Source: Acidobacteriota bacterium (lineage in GTDB: Bacteria > Acidobacteriota > Thermoanaerobaculia > Multivoradales > UBA5704). From it: a stretch of DNA of 64,000 bases. The stretch spans positions 1-64,000 of the forward strand of contig JBDTZG010000013.1 of the NCBI GenBank assembly GCA_040005235.1, written 5' to 3'. Within the stretch, counting starts at the first letter, position 1. Every line of letters starts with the position of its first letter. Of this stretch, positions 1-11,233 are shown piece by piece. Both the position numbers and the translations under genes were made by a program. The notes beneath the pieces are model-generated. The model did no database searches, was not told the DNA's origin, and worked only from the letters and a program-made list of their open reading frames with translations.

Positions 1-1288
1 GGAACTCCGGATCGCGCATGATCCGGCGATGGAGCGGAATCGAGGTGTGAATCCCTTCGACGACGAAGAAGTCGAGGGCGCGCGACATCCGCGCGATCGC
101 CTCCGGCCGGGTCTGGTCGTGGACGATCAGTTTGGCCACCAGCGAGTCGTAGTTCGGCGGTACGACGTAGTCTTCGTAGCCGTGGGTGTCGACCCGCGTG
201 CCCGGCCCGCCCGGCGGATGGAACGTCTTGAGCCTGCCCGGCGAGGGGGCAAAGGTGTCAGGGTTTTCAGCGTTCACCCGGCATTCGATCGCATGGCCGC
301 GCGGCGGCATGCCGCTCGGGATGTAGAGCTTCTCCCCCGAGGCGATGCGCATTTGGAGCTTCACGAGATCGATTCCGGTGACCATCTCGGTGACCGGATG
401 CTCGACCTGGATGCGCGTGTTCATCTCCATGAAATAGAAGCTGCCGTCCGAGTCGAGCAGGAACTCGATCGTGCCGGCGTTTTCATACGAGACCGCCTCG
501 CAGAGCCGGACCGCGGCGTCGCCCATCTTGGCGCGCAGCTCGGGGGTGAGCGCGGGCGAAGGCGCCTCTTCGATCAGTTTCTGGTGCCGGCGTTGGATCG
601 AGCATTCGCGCTCGCCGAGGTGGATCGCCGTGCCGTAATGGTCGCCGAACACCTGGAACTCGATGTGGCGCGGTTCGACCAGATATTTTTCAAGATAGAT
701 CGAGCCGTCGCCGAACGCTTTTTCCGCCTCGGCGTGGGCGGTTGCGAATTGGCTGGCGATTTCCTTCGCCTCGTGGACGATCCGCATACCACGCCCGCCG
801 CCGCCGGCCGACGCCTTGAGGATGACCGGATAGCCCACCTCGTCGGCCAGGGCGCGCGCCTCGTCCGCGTCGGCAAGGGGACGCTCGCTGCCGGGAAGGA
901 CCGGCACGCCCGCGTCGATCGCCTTCTGCCGGGCGTTCGCCTTGTCGCCCATCATCCGGATAACCTCCGGACGCGGGCCGATCCAGCCGATCTTGCACTC
1001 GGCCAAGACTTCGGCGAAATGGGCGTTCTCGGCCAGAAAGCCGTAGCCCGGATGGACCGCGTCGGCGCCGGTGATCTCGGCGGCCGAGAGGATGCTCGAA
1101 ATGTTCAGGTAGCTCTGGTTCGAGGGGGGCGGTCCGATACAGATGTCCTGGTCGGCGTAGGTGACGTGCAGACTGTCGCGGTCGGCGGTCGAATAGACCG
1201 CAACGGTCTGGATGCCGAGCTCGCGGCAAGCCTGGATGATCCGCAGGGCGATCTCGCCCCGGTTGGCGATCAGAATCTTTTTGAACAT
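1..1288 (-). CDS. accC: Acetyl-CoA carboxylase biotin carboxylase subunit (3' end runs off window)
   Basis: Not in ORF track; manual minus-strand translation from ATG 1288 gives [16 protein letters not shown]..., later [46 protein letters not shown]; directly downstream of accB. Confidence 0.96.
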   Translation of the reverse strand, partial: MFKKILIANRGEIALRIIQACRELGIQTVAVYSTADRDSLHVTYADQDICIGPPPSNQSYLNISSILSAAEITGADAVHPGYGFLAENAHFAEVLAECKIGWIGPRPEVIRMMGDKANARQKAIDAGVPVLPGSERPLADADEARALADEVGYPVILKASAGGGGRGMRIVHEAKEIASQFATAHAEAEKAFGDGSIYLEKYLVEPRHIEFQVFGDHYGTAIHLGERECSIQRRHQKLIEEAPSPALTPELRAKMGDAAVRLCEAVSYENAGTIEFLLDSDGSFYFMEMNTRIQVEHPVTEMVTGIDLVKLQMRIASGEKLYIPSGMPPRGHAIECRVNAENPDTFAPSPGRLKTFHPPGGPGTRVDTHGYEDYVVPPNYDSLVAKLIVHDQTRPEAIARMSRALDFFVVEGIHTSIPLHRRIMRDPEF

Positions 1289-1304
1289 CGTGCCGGCGGG
1301 GCGC

Positions 1305-1820
<516 letters not shown>

Positions 1821-1881
1821 GGCTCGTGTTTCCTTGAGGGAGTTCGGGCCGGGCCGCAATCCGTCCGTCGAGGGCTTTTGC

Positions 1882-2238
1882 TCAGGAAAGCTCGCTCTCC
1901 AAGAGCAGGCGCGCCCGGCGCATCTCGAATCGCGCGCGGCCGTAGCTGCCCTCCGTTCCCAGGACGAGCAGCAGGTAATAGTCCTTGGTGAGCGAGCTTA
2001 CCATGACGGTCCCGAGGTCCGTGGTGACCGAGACCTGCTGCACCTCGCCCATCGCGATCTCGCGATGGTTGTCGCCGATCGATCGCGCCTGGGCGATGAG
2101 CTCGGCCGAAAGGACCTCAAGGTCGAGCTCCGGATCGTTCGACACGGACTCGACGGCGATGCCGTCGGCGGCGACCAGCGAGAGGGCGATCGCCCCCTCG
2201 ATCCGGTTGGCGATGCGGGAGAGGACTTCAAGAAACAC
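1882..2238 (-). CDS. Roadblock/LC7-domain protein (MglB/MglC-like)
   Basis: 118 aa with pattern IEGAIALSLVAADGIAVE...YYLLLVL...GSYGRARFEMRRA typical of roadblock proteins; start overlaps upstream TPR gene. Confidence 0.8.
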   Translation of the reverse strand: MFLEVLSRIANRIEGAIALSLVAADGIAVESVSNDPELDLEVLSAELIAQARSIGDNHREIAMGEVQQVSVTTDLGTVMVSSLTKDYYLLLVLGTEGSYGRARFEMRRARLLLESELS

Positions 2239-3547
2239 CGGGCGCGCTCCCGCGGCGGAGCCGCTCTAGGTAAGCGGAGAGCAGCTGGATCTTGCTCTGC
2301 GTCTTGGATGGAACGGAGCTCGCCGACGCGGCGGCGCTAGCTGCGGCGGCCGGGACCGACGTCGGTGCGGCGATCTCTGCCGTCGTCACGGGCGAAAGCG
2401 GCGTAGAGATCGCAGGGACCGGCGCGAGGCGGGTGGTGAAATCCGAAGTCTCCGGCGCCGGCTCCGCCGCAACGGCCGCCGCCTCTCCCCGGATGCGCGC
2501 CGCGAGATCGTGCGCCGCAACGTTTTCCGGCTCGCGCCGCAGAACCTGGGCGAGGATTCGCAGCGCCTCGTCCCGATGTCCTTGGCGCAGGTAGAGCTCG
2601 GCGAGCGTGACCGTTTCGGTTTCGGTTTCGATCGGGGCCTCGATCCGGGTCTCGATCGCGGCGGGCGGCGGTTCGAATCCGAGCGTCGGCATAGGGCTCG
2701 GCGCCGCGGCGAAGATCGGCATCGGCTCGGGAGACCGCGACTCAGGAGGCGCGGCGGGCGGAAGAACGGCTTCCATCCGGGGCGACGGTACCGGCGCGGG
2801 GACCGGGATGTCGAGAACCCGAAGATCGAAAATGCCGCCGACCGCGAGTCCCTCCGCCCATCGGCGGCGGCTTTCGCCTCCGCCCAGGCCGGAGAAGATC
2901 TCGTCCGCGAGCGGCTCGCGCGCGATTTCCAGCTGGGGTGGCTCGGGCGAGTCGTAGAGCCCGAACAGGTCGTCGAGCGGCGGCAGCGGCGCCGATTGCG
3001 GGATACCTAAATCGAAGATGTCTTCGTTCATCTCGTCGCTCCGGGCCGGGGCAGCAACCTCCGCGCCGATCGGGTCGGTGCCGGGCTGTTCGTGGGTACC
3101 CAAAATCGCGACGGCCTTCTGGGCCGGTGCGAGATCGGGCGCTTCGAGACGCCGCCGGAGCTCGGCGATGTCCGGATCGGTTTCATGCAACAAAGCATAG
3201 AGCGACAACCGCTCGCGCGCCCGGGCGAGCTCGCCCAAATCGATATAGGCGCGAACCAGCAATTTGCTCGCCACGGCCTGGGTCGCATCCTGGCGCACCA
3301 CCCGCTCCAAGGCTTCCCGCGCGGCCTGCGGCTCATCCAGCTCCAGGTGGCAGCGCCCCTTGGCGACCAGCGCCGAGAGATACCCGGGATGCTCCACGAG
3401 TCCGGCGTCGAGCACCTCGATCGACTCGCGCAGGCGACCGAGTTGGCGGTACTCCTCGGCGAGTTGCAGGAACAGCCGCGAAGTTCGGTCCGCTTCCCAT
3501 CGTTGGCGCAGTTGGGTCACGCGATCGGGAAACGGCTGGTCGGTCAT
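2228..3547 (-). CDS. Tetratricopeptide-repeat protein with Pro-rich linker
   Basis: N-terminal TPRs (SRLFLQLAEEYRQLG, HPGYLSALVAKGRC) and C-terminal TVTLAELYLRQGH...A TPR. Confidence 0.8.
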   Translation of the reverse strand: MTDQPFPDRVTQLRQRWEADRTSRLFLQLAEEYRQLGRLRESIEVLDAGLVEHPGYLSALVAKGRCHLELDEPQAAREALERVVRQDATQAVASKLLVRAYIDLGELARARERLSLYALLHETDPDIAELRRRLEAPDLAPAQKAVAILGTHEQPGTDPIGAEVAAPARSDEMNEDIFDLGIPQSAPLPPLDDLFGLYDSPEPPQLEIAREPLADEIFSGLGGGESRRRWAEGLAVGGIFDLRVLDIPVPAPVPSPRMEAVLPPAAPPESRSPEPMPIFAAAPSPMPTLGFEPPPAAIETRIEAPIETETETVTLAELYLRQGHRDEALRILAQVLRREPENVAAHDLAARIRGEAAAVAAEPAPETSDFTTRLAPVPAISTPLSPVTTAEIAAPTSVPAAAASAAASASSVPSKTQSKIQLLSAYLERLRRGSAPGVS

Positions 3548-3670
3548 CGGAATTCAGATCGATCGATGTTTTGAGGCTTCGCTGTGACCCTGGTTCATCC
3601 GCAGGTCGATTCGTCGGAAACCATTGAATGATAGCAGGTTTGGGGCCGGTCGGGCCGCCTCGGAAAGCAG

Positions 3671-3694
3671 GGCGGCCACCTAAAGGTGGCCGCC
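3671..3694 (-). terminator. Hairpin, probable terminator after the pil/lipoprotein transcript
   Basis: Perfect 10-bp stem GGCGGCCACC-TAAA-GGTGGCCGCC about 35 bp downstream of the 3731 stop; U-tract weak. Confidence 0.55.
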
Positions 3695-3730
3695 GGTTGC
3701 TCCGCGGGATGGACGAAGGGGAGGCGGCGA

Positions 3731-4747
3731 CTACTGCGGCACAGGCACCGTGATCGACTGGATCTCGGTGTCGGTTCCCGCGCTGTTGGTCGCGACCAGG
3801 CGAACGCTCTGGCCGCCCGGATTGATGTAGTCGTGCGACGGGTTCGTTTCCGACGAATCGACCGTGCCGTCGTTGTTAAAGTCCCACTGATACGAAATCG
3901 GCGCGGCGCCCGTCGTCGTGTTTTCGAACCGGACTTGATTGCCCCCGTCAGGGTGGGCGATGAAACCCGCGACCGGCGTCTGGCGCTGAATGCGCACGTC
4001 GAACGTGGCTTCCTGGCTGCCCGAGCCGAGCGAGGCGCGCACCCGAACGGTGAACGTGTTCGCCTGGAAAGTGCTGATCTCGCTCAACTGAACCGTCAGT
4101 CGATCCGATACCTCGCCGCGACTGTTGGTGGTCAGGAACCGCCCGCGCGAGTCGAGAACTCCGATCTCCGAAGTGAAGTTGACGTTGGCACCGGCCAAAG
4201 GGTTGCCCTGATCGTCCCGCACCAGCGCGAGCAGCTCGATCCTCTTGCCCCCGGTGGGGAAGTTGGTGAGGGAAATAGTCGAGGGCGTGGCCTGCAAGGA
4301 CACTCCGCCGGCGTTGCTGCCGACTTGCACCGTCACCGTGGCGCTTCCTGTGCCCGATGCGTTGCCGACCGGCTCGGAAGTGCTGGTCATGGGCGGGGTG
4401 TCCGCGACCCCGGTCGTAACCTCGACCGTGGCGGTTCCCTGTCTCCCGTCTCCCCGGAGAGTGGCGGTCGCCTCGCCGTTGCTGTTCGTGACCACCAGAG
4501 GCTCGATCGAGCCGAGGCTGGTCGCGACGCGCAGCTCGGTGCCGCTGCGCAAGGGAGTACCGGTCGCGGTGCGGCCGAGGATCGAGATGGTCGAAGAGCC
4601 GTTCGCGCTGATGCGGGTGGGCGAGGCGCTGACCGTGAGGAGCGTACCGCTCGGCGCGGTGGGACTCGCTTTGCCGCAAGCGAGACCGATCACGACGGCG
4701 AAAAGGGCGAGGAGGGCGAGCAGTGCGAGAGGCGAGCGGCTTTTCAT
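3731..4747 (-). CDS. Lipoprotein with bacterial Ig-like (invasin/Big_1-type) and C-terminal PKD domains
   Basis: Lipobox GLAC; repeated TNSNGEATATL / TNSRGEVSDRL Ig motifs; SYQWDFNNDG...NPSHDY PKD motif. Confidence 0.8.
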   Translation of the reverse strand: MKSRSPLALLALLALFAVVIGLACGKASPTAPSGTLLTVSASPTRISANGSSTISILGRTATGTPLRSGTELRVATSLGSIEPLVVTNSNGEATATLRGDGRQGTATVEVTTGVADTPPMTSTSEPVGNASGTGSATVTVQVGSNAGGVSLQATPSTISLTNFPTGGKRIELLALVRDDQGNPLAGANVNFTSEIGVLDSRGRFLTTNSRGEVSDRLTVQLSEISTFQANTFTVRVRASLGSGSQEATFDVRIQRQTPVAGFIAHPDGGNQVRFENTTTGAAPISYQWDFNNDGTVDSSETNPSHDYINPGGQSVRLVATNSAGTDTEIQSITVPVPQ

Positions 4748-4766
4748 AGCGCTCCAGTATACGAAC

Positions 4767-4798
4767 CGGGGCGGTCGCCCGTCCAGGCGACCGCCCCG
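4767..4798. terminator. 13-bp-stem intergenic hairpin
   Basis: CGGGGCGGTCGCC-CGTCCA-GGCGACCGCCCCG between two lipoprotein genes; followed on minus strand by TATACT 8 nt before ATG 4747. Confidence 0.5.
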
Positions 4799-4831
4799 AA
4801 TTGTTGGAGTTTAAGCGATCCCGCGCGCCGT

Positions 4832-6763
4832 TTAGGGAGGCGGAACCGTCACGAACTGGGTCTTGGTGGAGCTGCCTCCGGCGTTGGCTACCGTCAGTGA
4901 GACCGTGTAAGTCCCGGCGGCGCTGAAGTTATGCACCGGGTTCTGCTGCCCGCTGGCGTTGGCCCCGCCCGAGGCCGGATCGCCGAAATTCCAGAGCCAA
5001 GAGGTGGGCGCACCGCTCGACGAGTCGGCGAAGATGGTCGTCAGACCGTTGCTGCTGAACGTGAAGTTCGCCACCGGCGGCGCCGGAGGGGTCACGTGGC
5101 AGGTGGTGTCCGACGGCAGGTAGGAGAAGCCGTTGGCGATGGTGTCGTCACAGCCCGTCGTCAGGTTGGTGACCACGACCGGAACCGGCGTCGGTGCATT
5201 GCGCATCCCCGTCAGGCTTCCGGAGGTGCAGGTCTCCTGAAGGAAGGCACCGCTGAAGGGCGGAGTCCGAACCACCACGGAGCCCGGCGTTACGCTGACG
5301 ATCGACGCGGGCTGTCCACCGAAAGTAACCCGCAGCGGTGATTCGAACCCGGTGAATGTCCCGACGGCGCTGGTCAGGGTGACCAGCGTGTTGCCCCCTT
5401 GGGCACCGTTCGACGGCGACACCCCGGTGATCACAGGATCGATCGGCCGATAGCGGAAAGACCCGGCGGCGGTGCTGGAATCGCCGGTTTCGATGTTGGT
5501 GACTTGGGCCAAGGGCGAGCCGACGACCGCCGCGCAGCTGGTGATCGAAACGATCGGAGACCGGGCGACGATCCTGGTGCCGGTTACCGATTGAACGAAG
5601 GCGGCAAACCCGCCGAGACCCACGGTTAGAGGCTCGTCGAAGCCCTGGCCCTGGATCGTCACCTGGGTCGGCACGTTATAGACCACCTCGGTCGGTCCGA
5701 CCGCCGTGATCAACACGTTCGAACCGTAGCGGAAGCCTGCAGAGGTGGAGCCTTCAAAGCCGCTGTTGATGTTTTTGACCCGAATGTCGACGCTCTGGTT
5801 CTGCAGGCCCTGACCGAAGCCGCGCGCGGCAGGCGAGAGCACGATGACCCGGTTCGCGCTTACCGATTCCACCGGTGCCTCGACCGAGATGCGCGGGCTG
5901 CCGCCCTCGAAGAACACCTGGACCGGCGACTGGAAGCCTGAGCCGTTGATCGTGATCCGGGTGCCGCCGTCGTTGCTGCCGGAAGACGGGGTGACCGAGG
6001 TGATGACCGGCTGGACGCCGCCGCCGCCGGTCGCGTAGGTCAGCCCCGCGGCCAGGTTGTCGGTCTTCTGTTCCGGTTCGTTGACGTTGATGGTCACGCT
6101 GACGTTGACCGGTATCGCCTGCCCGGTCGACACCGTGACCCCCGCCTGCACGGCGGAAGGCGTGATGATCCGGATCCGGTCCGGCGAAACCGAGAGCACC
6201 TGGACGTTGGCGGCGCCGACCGTCACGCGCACCGGGTCTTCGAAACCGCCGCCCTGGATCGTCACCGTCTCGCCGCCCTGGGGATCGATCACGGAGGGCT
6301 GCACGAACGCGATGAAGAAAGTGGCGCCCGCGCCGATCTGAACGTTGGCGAAGCCCTCGCTACGATCGAGCGTCGCCCGCACGGTCGCAACCCCGGAGCT
6401 GGTTCCGGGGAACAGCACCGTCTGCGCCGAGCCGTTGGTCAGTTGCAACGTGACCGTGCTCTCGCCGCCCGCCGATCCGAACGTGCCAAGGGTGGTGGCG
6501 ACGGTGATCGGGGTAAGGTTGGCCGGCGGCTGGCCGTTGTCCGCGCGCACCACGCGCACCGTGATCGTGCTCGATTGGCCGCTGCCGATCGCGAGGGTCG
6601 AGGGGTTTGCCGTAACCGTGATGTTGTACGTGATCTGGGCGGTCGGCGGCACCGGCGGCACGGGGTCTACCTTAGGCTCGGACGGAGAATTCGAAGTGCA
6701 CCCGGCCAGCGCCAACAAGGCGGCCGGGAGCAAGACGAACAAAGACTTACGCAGCGGGTTCAT
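4832..6763 (-). CDS. Lipoprotein with Ig-like, multiple IPT/TIG and C-terminal PKD domains
   Basis: Lipobox LAGC; repeated P.ITSV.PS.G...GGT.(I/V)TI.G.GF IPT motifs; SWLWNFGD...NPVHNFSAAGTYTVSLTV PKD motif. Confidence 0.85.
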   Translation of the reverse strand: MNPLRKSLFVLLPAALLALAGCTSNSPSEPKVDPVPPVPPTAQITYNITVTANPSTLAIGSGQSSTITVRVVRADNGQPPANLTPITVATTLGTFGSAGGESTVTLQLTNGSAQTVLFPGTSSGVATVRATLDRSEGFANVQIGAGATFFIAFVQPSVIDPQGGETVTIQGGGFEDPVRVTVGAANVQVLSVSPDRIRIITPSAVQAGVTVSTGQAIPVNVSVTINVNEPEQKTDNLAAGLTYATGGGGVQPVITSVTPSSGSNDGGTRITINGSGFQSPVQVFFEGGSPRISVEAPVESVSANRVIVLSPAARGFGQGLQNQSVDIRVKNINSGFEGSTSAGFRYGSNVLITAVGPTEVVYNVPTQVTIQGQGFDEPLTVGLGGFAAFVQSVTGTRIVARSPIVSITSCAAVVGSPLAQVTNIETGDSSTAAGSFRYRPIDPVITGVSPSNGAQGGNTLVTLTSAVGTFTGFESPLRVTFGGQPASIVSVTPGSVVVRTPPFSGAFLQETCTSGSLTGMRNAPTPVPVVVTNLTTGCDDTIANGFSYLPSDTTCHVTPPAPPVANFTFSSNGLTTIFADSSSGAPTSWLWNFGDPASGGANASGQQNPVHNFSAAGTYTVSLTVANAGGSSTKTQFVTVPPP

Positions 6764-6779
6764 TGTCTGAGCTCCTACG

Positions 6780-7316
6780 TCAGGGGACGACTTCGACGTC
6801 GAAAGAAACCGAATCGGAAACGATGTCGGTCCCCGAAAGTGTACGCCCGAAAAAACGGAGCGTGATCCGCAGCGGAATTATCCGGCTGCCGGTCTGCTGG
6901 TCGGTTCCGAAATTGACCAGGTCCGAAAGTGGCGGCGACGTCAGCTGGGCCGTCCGCAGGAAGGGTAGGTCGTTGATGACAAACGTTCCGTTCACCGAAA
7001 TGTTGCCGAACAACGATTCGACGAGCGGTGGAGGCAGCCGCGTACCCGTATCGCGCCGCGCGTAGCGGACCTCGTACGAGCGAAGCTGGATGTCCTGAAG
7101 ACTGCTGGTCGTGCCGGAGGGATCCTTGGCTACACTTCGCAGCGTGATGCTTGGCACCCGGGTCGGCCCGTTGGCAACCGAGGCGGTGACCGGCAAGAGA
7201 TTGGAGTTGCTGACGGTCAGGAGCACGGTCCCATCGGTCCGTTCCGTGCGTGCATTGCACGACAGCCCTACGAGCACCAGGAGGGAGAGGGCGGCGAGTC
7301 GAGTCTTGATGGTCAT
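6780..7316 (-). CDS. Hypothetical lipoprotein
   Basis: Signal peptide with lipobox GLSC, beta-rich 178 aa; directly after pilQ in the same operon. Confidence 0.75.
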   Translation of the reverse strand: MTIKTRLAALSLLVLVGLSCNARTERTDGTVLLTVSNSNLLPVTASVANGPTRVPSITLRSVAKDPSGTTSSLQDIQLRSYEVRYARRDTGTRLPPPLVESLFGNISVNGTFVINDLPFLRTAQLTSPPLSDLVNFGTDQQTGSRIIPLRITLRFFGRTLSGTDIVSDSVSFDVEVVP

Positions 7317-7338
7317 TTTGAGCGCTCCAGCCGATGTC

Positions 7339-9987
7339 CTAAAGCTTGATGATCCGCGGCGTGATGAAGATGAGCAGCTCTTCGTTCGTGTTGCTCACGG
7401 TCTTGTTTCGGAAGAGGTAGCCGAGCAGCGGGATGTTGGCGAGCCCGGGAACCCTGGCGTTGCCGTCGTTGTTGGAGATCTTGTAGATCCCGCCGATCAC
7501 CGCGGTACCGCCGTCACGCACGATCACTCGAGTGCTCGCGTCCTTGGTCGAGATCGGCGCGTTGGCCGAACCCGGCACCAGCAGGGCGACCTGCGGCTCG
7601 CGCTTCGAGATGTCGATCTGCATCAGGACCGTACCCTCGGCGGTGATCTGGGGCACCACGTCCAGGCGCAGCGTCGCGTTGACGAACTGAACGGTGACCG
7701 TGTTGTTGGCGATGGTCTGGATCGGAATCTGGACGCCGCTCTGGATCGAGGCGCGCTGGTTGTTGAGCGTCGCGACTTTGGGCGCCGAGAGAATGTTGAT
7801 CAGGCCGTCGCTCTCCGCCGCCTGGAGCGAAAGATCGAGCGTGAACGTGTTGAGCACGTTGCCCAAGCGGAGGTTGAGCGCGCCGTTGTTGCCGCCGGTC
7901 GCCAGATTGACGTCGCCGCTACCCCGCCCGTTGTTCGGGAAGACCAGGCCGGTCGTGTTGCCGTGGGCCGCGTCGGCCACGGCGTTGACGCCCCAGTCGA
8001 TGCCCAGCGAGCGCGAGTAGTTCTTGGTCGTCTCGATGATCCGAGCCTCGATCATGACCTGCGGTTCGGGGGTGTCGAGGTTTTCGATCACCGCGATCAC
8101 CGTGTCGAGATAGCTCGGCAGCTCCTTGATGATCAAGGTGTTGGTCCGGTCGTCGACGAGCACCGAGCCGCGCTGGGAGAGAATCCCCGAGGAGCCCGAC
8201 CGCAGCACCCCGGCGACGTTCTGCGCCGTTGCATAAGACAGGCGCTTGAGCACGGTCCGCAACGGCACGGCGAGGGCGCGCGCGTTGGCCAGCTCCTGCC
8301 GCTCGCCGGCCTCGCGGCGCAAGATGGCGGTCGGCGCGATGCGCATCACGTTGCCTTCGAGCTCGCAGCCGAGGCCGTTGATCTTCAGCACCTGGGCGAG
8401 CGCCTGGTCCCAAGGAACGTTTTCGAGCTCGGCGGTGACCTGGCCCGTGACCCCCGGCTGGACCACGATGTTCAGGCCGCTGATCTGCGCGAAGGTGCGC
8501 AGGACGTCGGTGACGTCGGCGTTGGTGACCTTGAGGTCGATCGGGTCGCCCACGTACTTGCGCTCCTCGGTGCCGCCGCCGATGCAGTCGGCGACCGATC
8601 CGGGGCTCGAGGTCGTGCCGGCATCTTCGACGCTGCCCGGTTTGCGCGATGCCGGAGTGCGCACGACCGCGCTTTGACTCCGGGGAGCGGTCGAGCCCGT
8701 GGGCCGCGCGGCGAGGTCGAGGTCGCTGGGTCCGCTGTCTGGCGTCGTCGCCGGCCGGCGCGCCGGGGCGGCGGGAGCCACGTAGACGCCGGTCACCGGC
8801 TTTGCCTCGCCGCCGGTTTCGCCCTGCGCTTCGTAGGAGGCTGTGGTTCCCGCTGCGGCCGCCGGAGGTGACGGTGGCGCGAGGGAGGCGGTCCGGACCG
8901 GCGCTTGATAGGTCGCCTCGGTTTGCCCGCCGAACGTGACGACCAGTGCATTGCCGAGCCGCTGGATGCTGGGGGCGTTCTCGGTGTTCAGATCGAACAC
9001 TACCCGGGCCACCGGGTCCGGGGAACCGCGAAACTGCGCCACTCGAACCCGGTCGACCGGACCGCCCACCGCGATCGAAGAGCGCTTGGTCCGATTGGTC
9101 ACTCCCGGTAGGTCGAGCACGAAGCGCTTCGGGGCGTCGAGCACGAACGTCGTGTAGGGGAACTCGCCGTCACCGGCCAGCCGGATCGTCGCTTTATCCG
9201 CGCCCGGTACGACCACGATCTCATCGAGGCGGGTGGCCGCGGCACCGGTCGGCGCAGGAGCCGACACCGGAGCGTCGGGCGTTCCGAGGCCGCCGCTCGT
9301 GGACGTTCCGGACGAGCCTTCGGTCGCCATCTGCGGCGCCGAGTCGGCCACGACCGGTTCCTGGGCGGGTTCCTCCGCTACCGGCTCATAGGCGAGGTTT
9401 TCCGCGGGCGCCGGAGCCGCCGCCACCTGTCCTTCGACCGGCATCAGCTTCAAACGCAGCCCGTTGCCCTCGGCGATGACCGAATGCTCTACCTCTTGCC
9501 GAGTTTGCAGGATCAGCCGCATCAGCGGCCGCGTCCCCTGGCTGTCCCGCTCGATGCGCACCGAGGAGACCAGGCCGGAGCTCGGCGCCAGGTCGGCGAG
9601 GTCGGGGCCGGGCTTGGAATTGGGCAGCTCGAGCACCACCTGGCCGTCGGCGTTCCGGAAGCTGGTCCAGACCAGCGGCGCGCTCGCACCGAGCTCCAGG
9701 TACGTCTCGGGCGCACCCTCACGCACCTCCATCGAGCGAACTTCGCTCGCGGACCCGGACGTCGGCACCTCGGCGGGCGCTGCCGAAGCCGCTCGCGTCG
9801 AATCGGCTGAAGCGGCCTCGACCACCCGAGCGGGTTTCGAGGTGGTACACCCGAGGCCTAGGGCCAGGACCCCGATCGCGAGCGGCACGCCGAAGCGTCG
9901 CCCTCTGCAACCCAGCGTTCTCATCAGTACATCTCCCATGGCACTCGCCTCCGTCACGGATCCCGACCTCTCCGCCAAGGAACCCAT
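7339..9987 (-). CDS. pilQ: Type IV pilus secretin PilQ with AMIN domains
   Basis: AMIN-like segments (RFVLDLPG, VARVVFDL), NVPWDQAL, DDRTNTLII, QVMIEARIIE, C-terminal ELLIFITPRII; alternative starts at 9939 or 9924. Confidence 0.95.
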   Translation of the reverse strand: MGSLAERSGSVTEASAMGDVLMRTLGCRGRRFGVPLAIGVLALGLGCTTSKPARVVEAASADSTRAASAAPAEVPTSGSASEVRSMEVREGAPETYLELGASAPLVWTSFRNADGQVVLELPNSKPGPDLADLAPSSGLVSSVRIERDSQGTRPLMRLILQTRQEVEHSVIAEGNGLRLKLMPVEGQVAAAPAPAENLAYEPVAEEPAQEPVVADSAPQMATEGSSGTSTSGGLGTPDAPVSAPAPTGAAATRLDEIVVVPGADKATIRLAGDGEFPYTTFVLDAPKRFVLDLPGVTNRTKRSSIAVGGPVDRVRVAQFRGSPDPVARVVFDLNTENAPSIQRLGNALVVTFGGQTEATYQAPVRTASLAPPSPPAAAAGTTASYEAQGETGGEAKPVTGVYVAPAAPARRPATTPDSGPSDLDLAARPTGSTAPRSQSAVVRTPASRKPGSVEDAGTTSSPGSVADCIGGGTEERKYVGDPIDLKVTNADVTDVLRTFAQISGLNIVVQPGVTGQVTAELENVPWDQALAQVLKINGLGCELEGNVMRIAPTAILRREAGERQELANARALAVPLRTVLKRLSYATAQNVAGVLRSGSSGILSQRGSVLVDDRTNTLIIKELPSYLDTVIAVIENLDTPEPQVMIEARIIETTKNYSRSLGIDWGVNAVADAAHGNTTGLVFPNNGRGSGDVNLATGGNNGALNLRLGNVLNTFTLDLSLQAAESDGLINILSAPKVATLNNQRASIQSGVQIPIQTIANNTVTVQFVNATLRLDVVPQITAEGTVLMQIDISKREPQVALLVPGSANAPISTKDASTRVIVRDGGTAVIGGIYKISNNDGNARVPGLANIPLLGYLFRNKTVSNTNEELLIFITPRIIKL

Positions 9988-10541
9988 CAGGGTCCCAGCG
10001 TCTTGCGGACCTCGCGGAACGGCTTGAGCGCGGTCGGATCCTGGACGATCTGTTTGAATACCACCTCGCTGCGGAGGATCGAAACGACGTCGCCGTCGTA
10101 GAGTTGGTCGCCCTCGCGAAGCAGGTAGCTCTTATTCTGATTTGCGGCCTTGACCTGCGCCACATATCCCTTCTTGGTCTTGAAGATGCCGGTCAGATCG
10201 ACCTCGTCGATCAACAGTCCGGGAATCCCCTCCGGCCGCGGCCCCCGCAGCTCCAGACGGTCCGGCTTGATCAACAGAGACTTGAAGGGGTCGCGGCGGT
10301 TACCCGGGTCGTAAGAATAGCCGCCGCCCGACAGGACCTCTTCATCCCCTTCGAGGATCTGATCAATATTGCCCAGATCCGAGTCGCCGCCTGCGAGGTC
10401 CGAGGTGTAGGCCGCGTCGGCGCCGGAAGGCGAAGCGAGAGTGCCCCCCGAAGGCGTCGGATTCGCGGTCTGCGCGGTAGCTGCGAGGCCGAGTGCCAAG
10501 GCGAGCATCGCCAACGAAATGAATAGCGCGCGCGGCTTCAT
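9987..10541 (-). CDS. pilP: Type IV pilus assembly protein PilP-like
   Basis: YDPGNRRDPFKS motif, DLTGIF...YLLREGDQL beta domain; located between pilO and pilQ. Confidence 0.8.
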   Translation of the reverse strand: MKPRALFISLAMLALALGLAATAQTANPTPSGGTLASPSGADAAYTSDLAGGDSDLGNIDQILEGDEEVLSGGGYSYDPGNRRDPFKSLLIKPDRLELRGPRPEGIPGLLIDEVDLTGIFKTKKGYVAQVKAANQNKSYLLREGDQLYDGDVVSILRSEVVFKQIVQDPTALKPFREVRKTLGP

Positions 10542-11233
10542 TCCGGAGTCCCTCCACTACTGCCCAGCGAAGACTTCGACAGGCCTGGCCCACCCTGGGA
10601 AGCGGGCCCGCCGACGTCCGCCGGACCTCGGAGGGCTGGATTGAGCCCCCCTGCGGGAGCGGCGGGCGCGGCAGGCGTTTCCTTGTAAACGAAGGTCTTC
10701 GCGGTGAAGGTCGCGGTGATCGTGTGTGGATTCTTGGGCGCGCTGTATTGGTCGACCTGCAGGTTCTCGATGTTGATGATCCTCGAGAAATTGCTGATCT
10801 TGTCGAAGAAGAGGGCGAGGCTGTGATACCCGCCCTCGACGCCGACCGCGATCGGCCATTCGCTGTAGAAGTCTTTGTCGGTGAGCGCGCCCGGCGTGAA
10901 GCGCTTGAGGTCGAAATCGCCCGCCTCGGCGAGCGAGCGGATTTTCCGCAACAGGTCGGGCGTATTGCGCCTCGTCGGCAGAATGCGCAGCGACTTGTCG
11001 AGCTTCAGCTCCAAGTTGCGCACGTCTTCCTGCAGCCGGGGTAGATCCTCCTTGAAGGCCAAGCCCTCCTGGACCTTCCGCTGCAGCTCGGCCAGCTGGG
11101 CCGCCTTCGACTCGATCTCTTCCTTCATCGGCTGCAACTTGAGGAAGTAGCCGGCGAGCAGCAGGACGGCGCCGACCAGCAGGCCGACGGCGAAGCCGTA
11201 GAACCAGGGCTTACCTTCGAGTCCGGTCTTCAC
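10538..11233 (-). CDS. pilO: Type IV pilus assembly protein PilO
   Basis: TM + coiled coil + FYSEWPI...GGYHSLALFFDKISNFSRIINIENL. Confidence 0.92.
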   Translation of the reverse strand: MKTGLEGKPWFYGFAVGLLVGAVLLLAGYFLKLQPMKEEIESKAAQLAELQRKVQEGLAFKEDLPRLQEDVRNLELKLDKSLRILPTRRNTPDLLRKIRSLAEAGDFDLKRFTPGALTDKDFYSEWPIAVGVEGGYHSLALFFDKISNFSRIINIENLQVDQYSAPKNPHTITATFTAKTFVYKETPAAPAAPAGGLNPALRGPADVGGPASQGGPGLSKSSLGSSGGTPE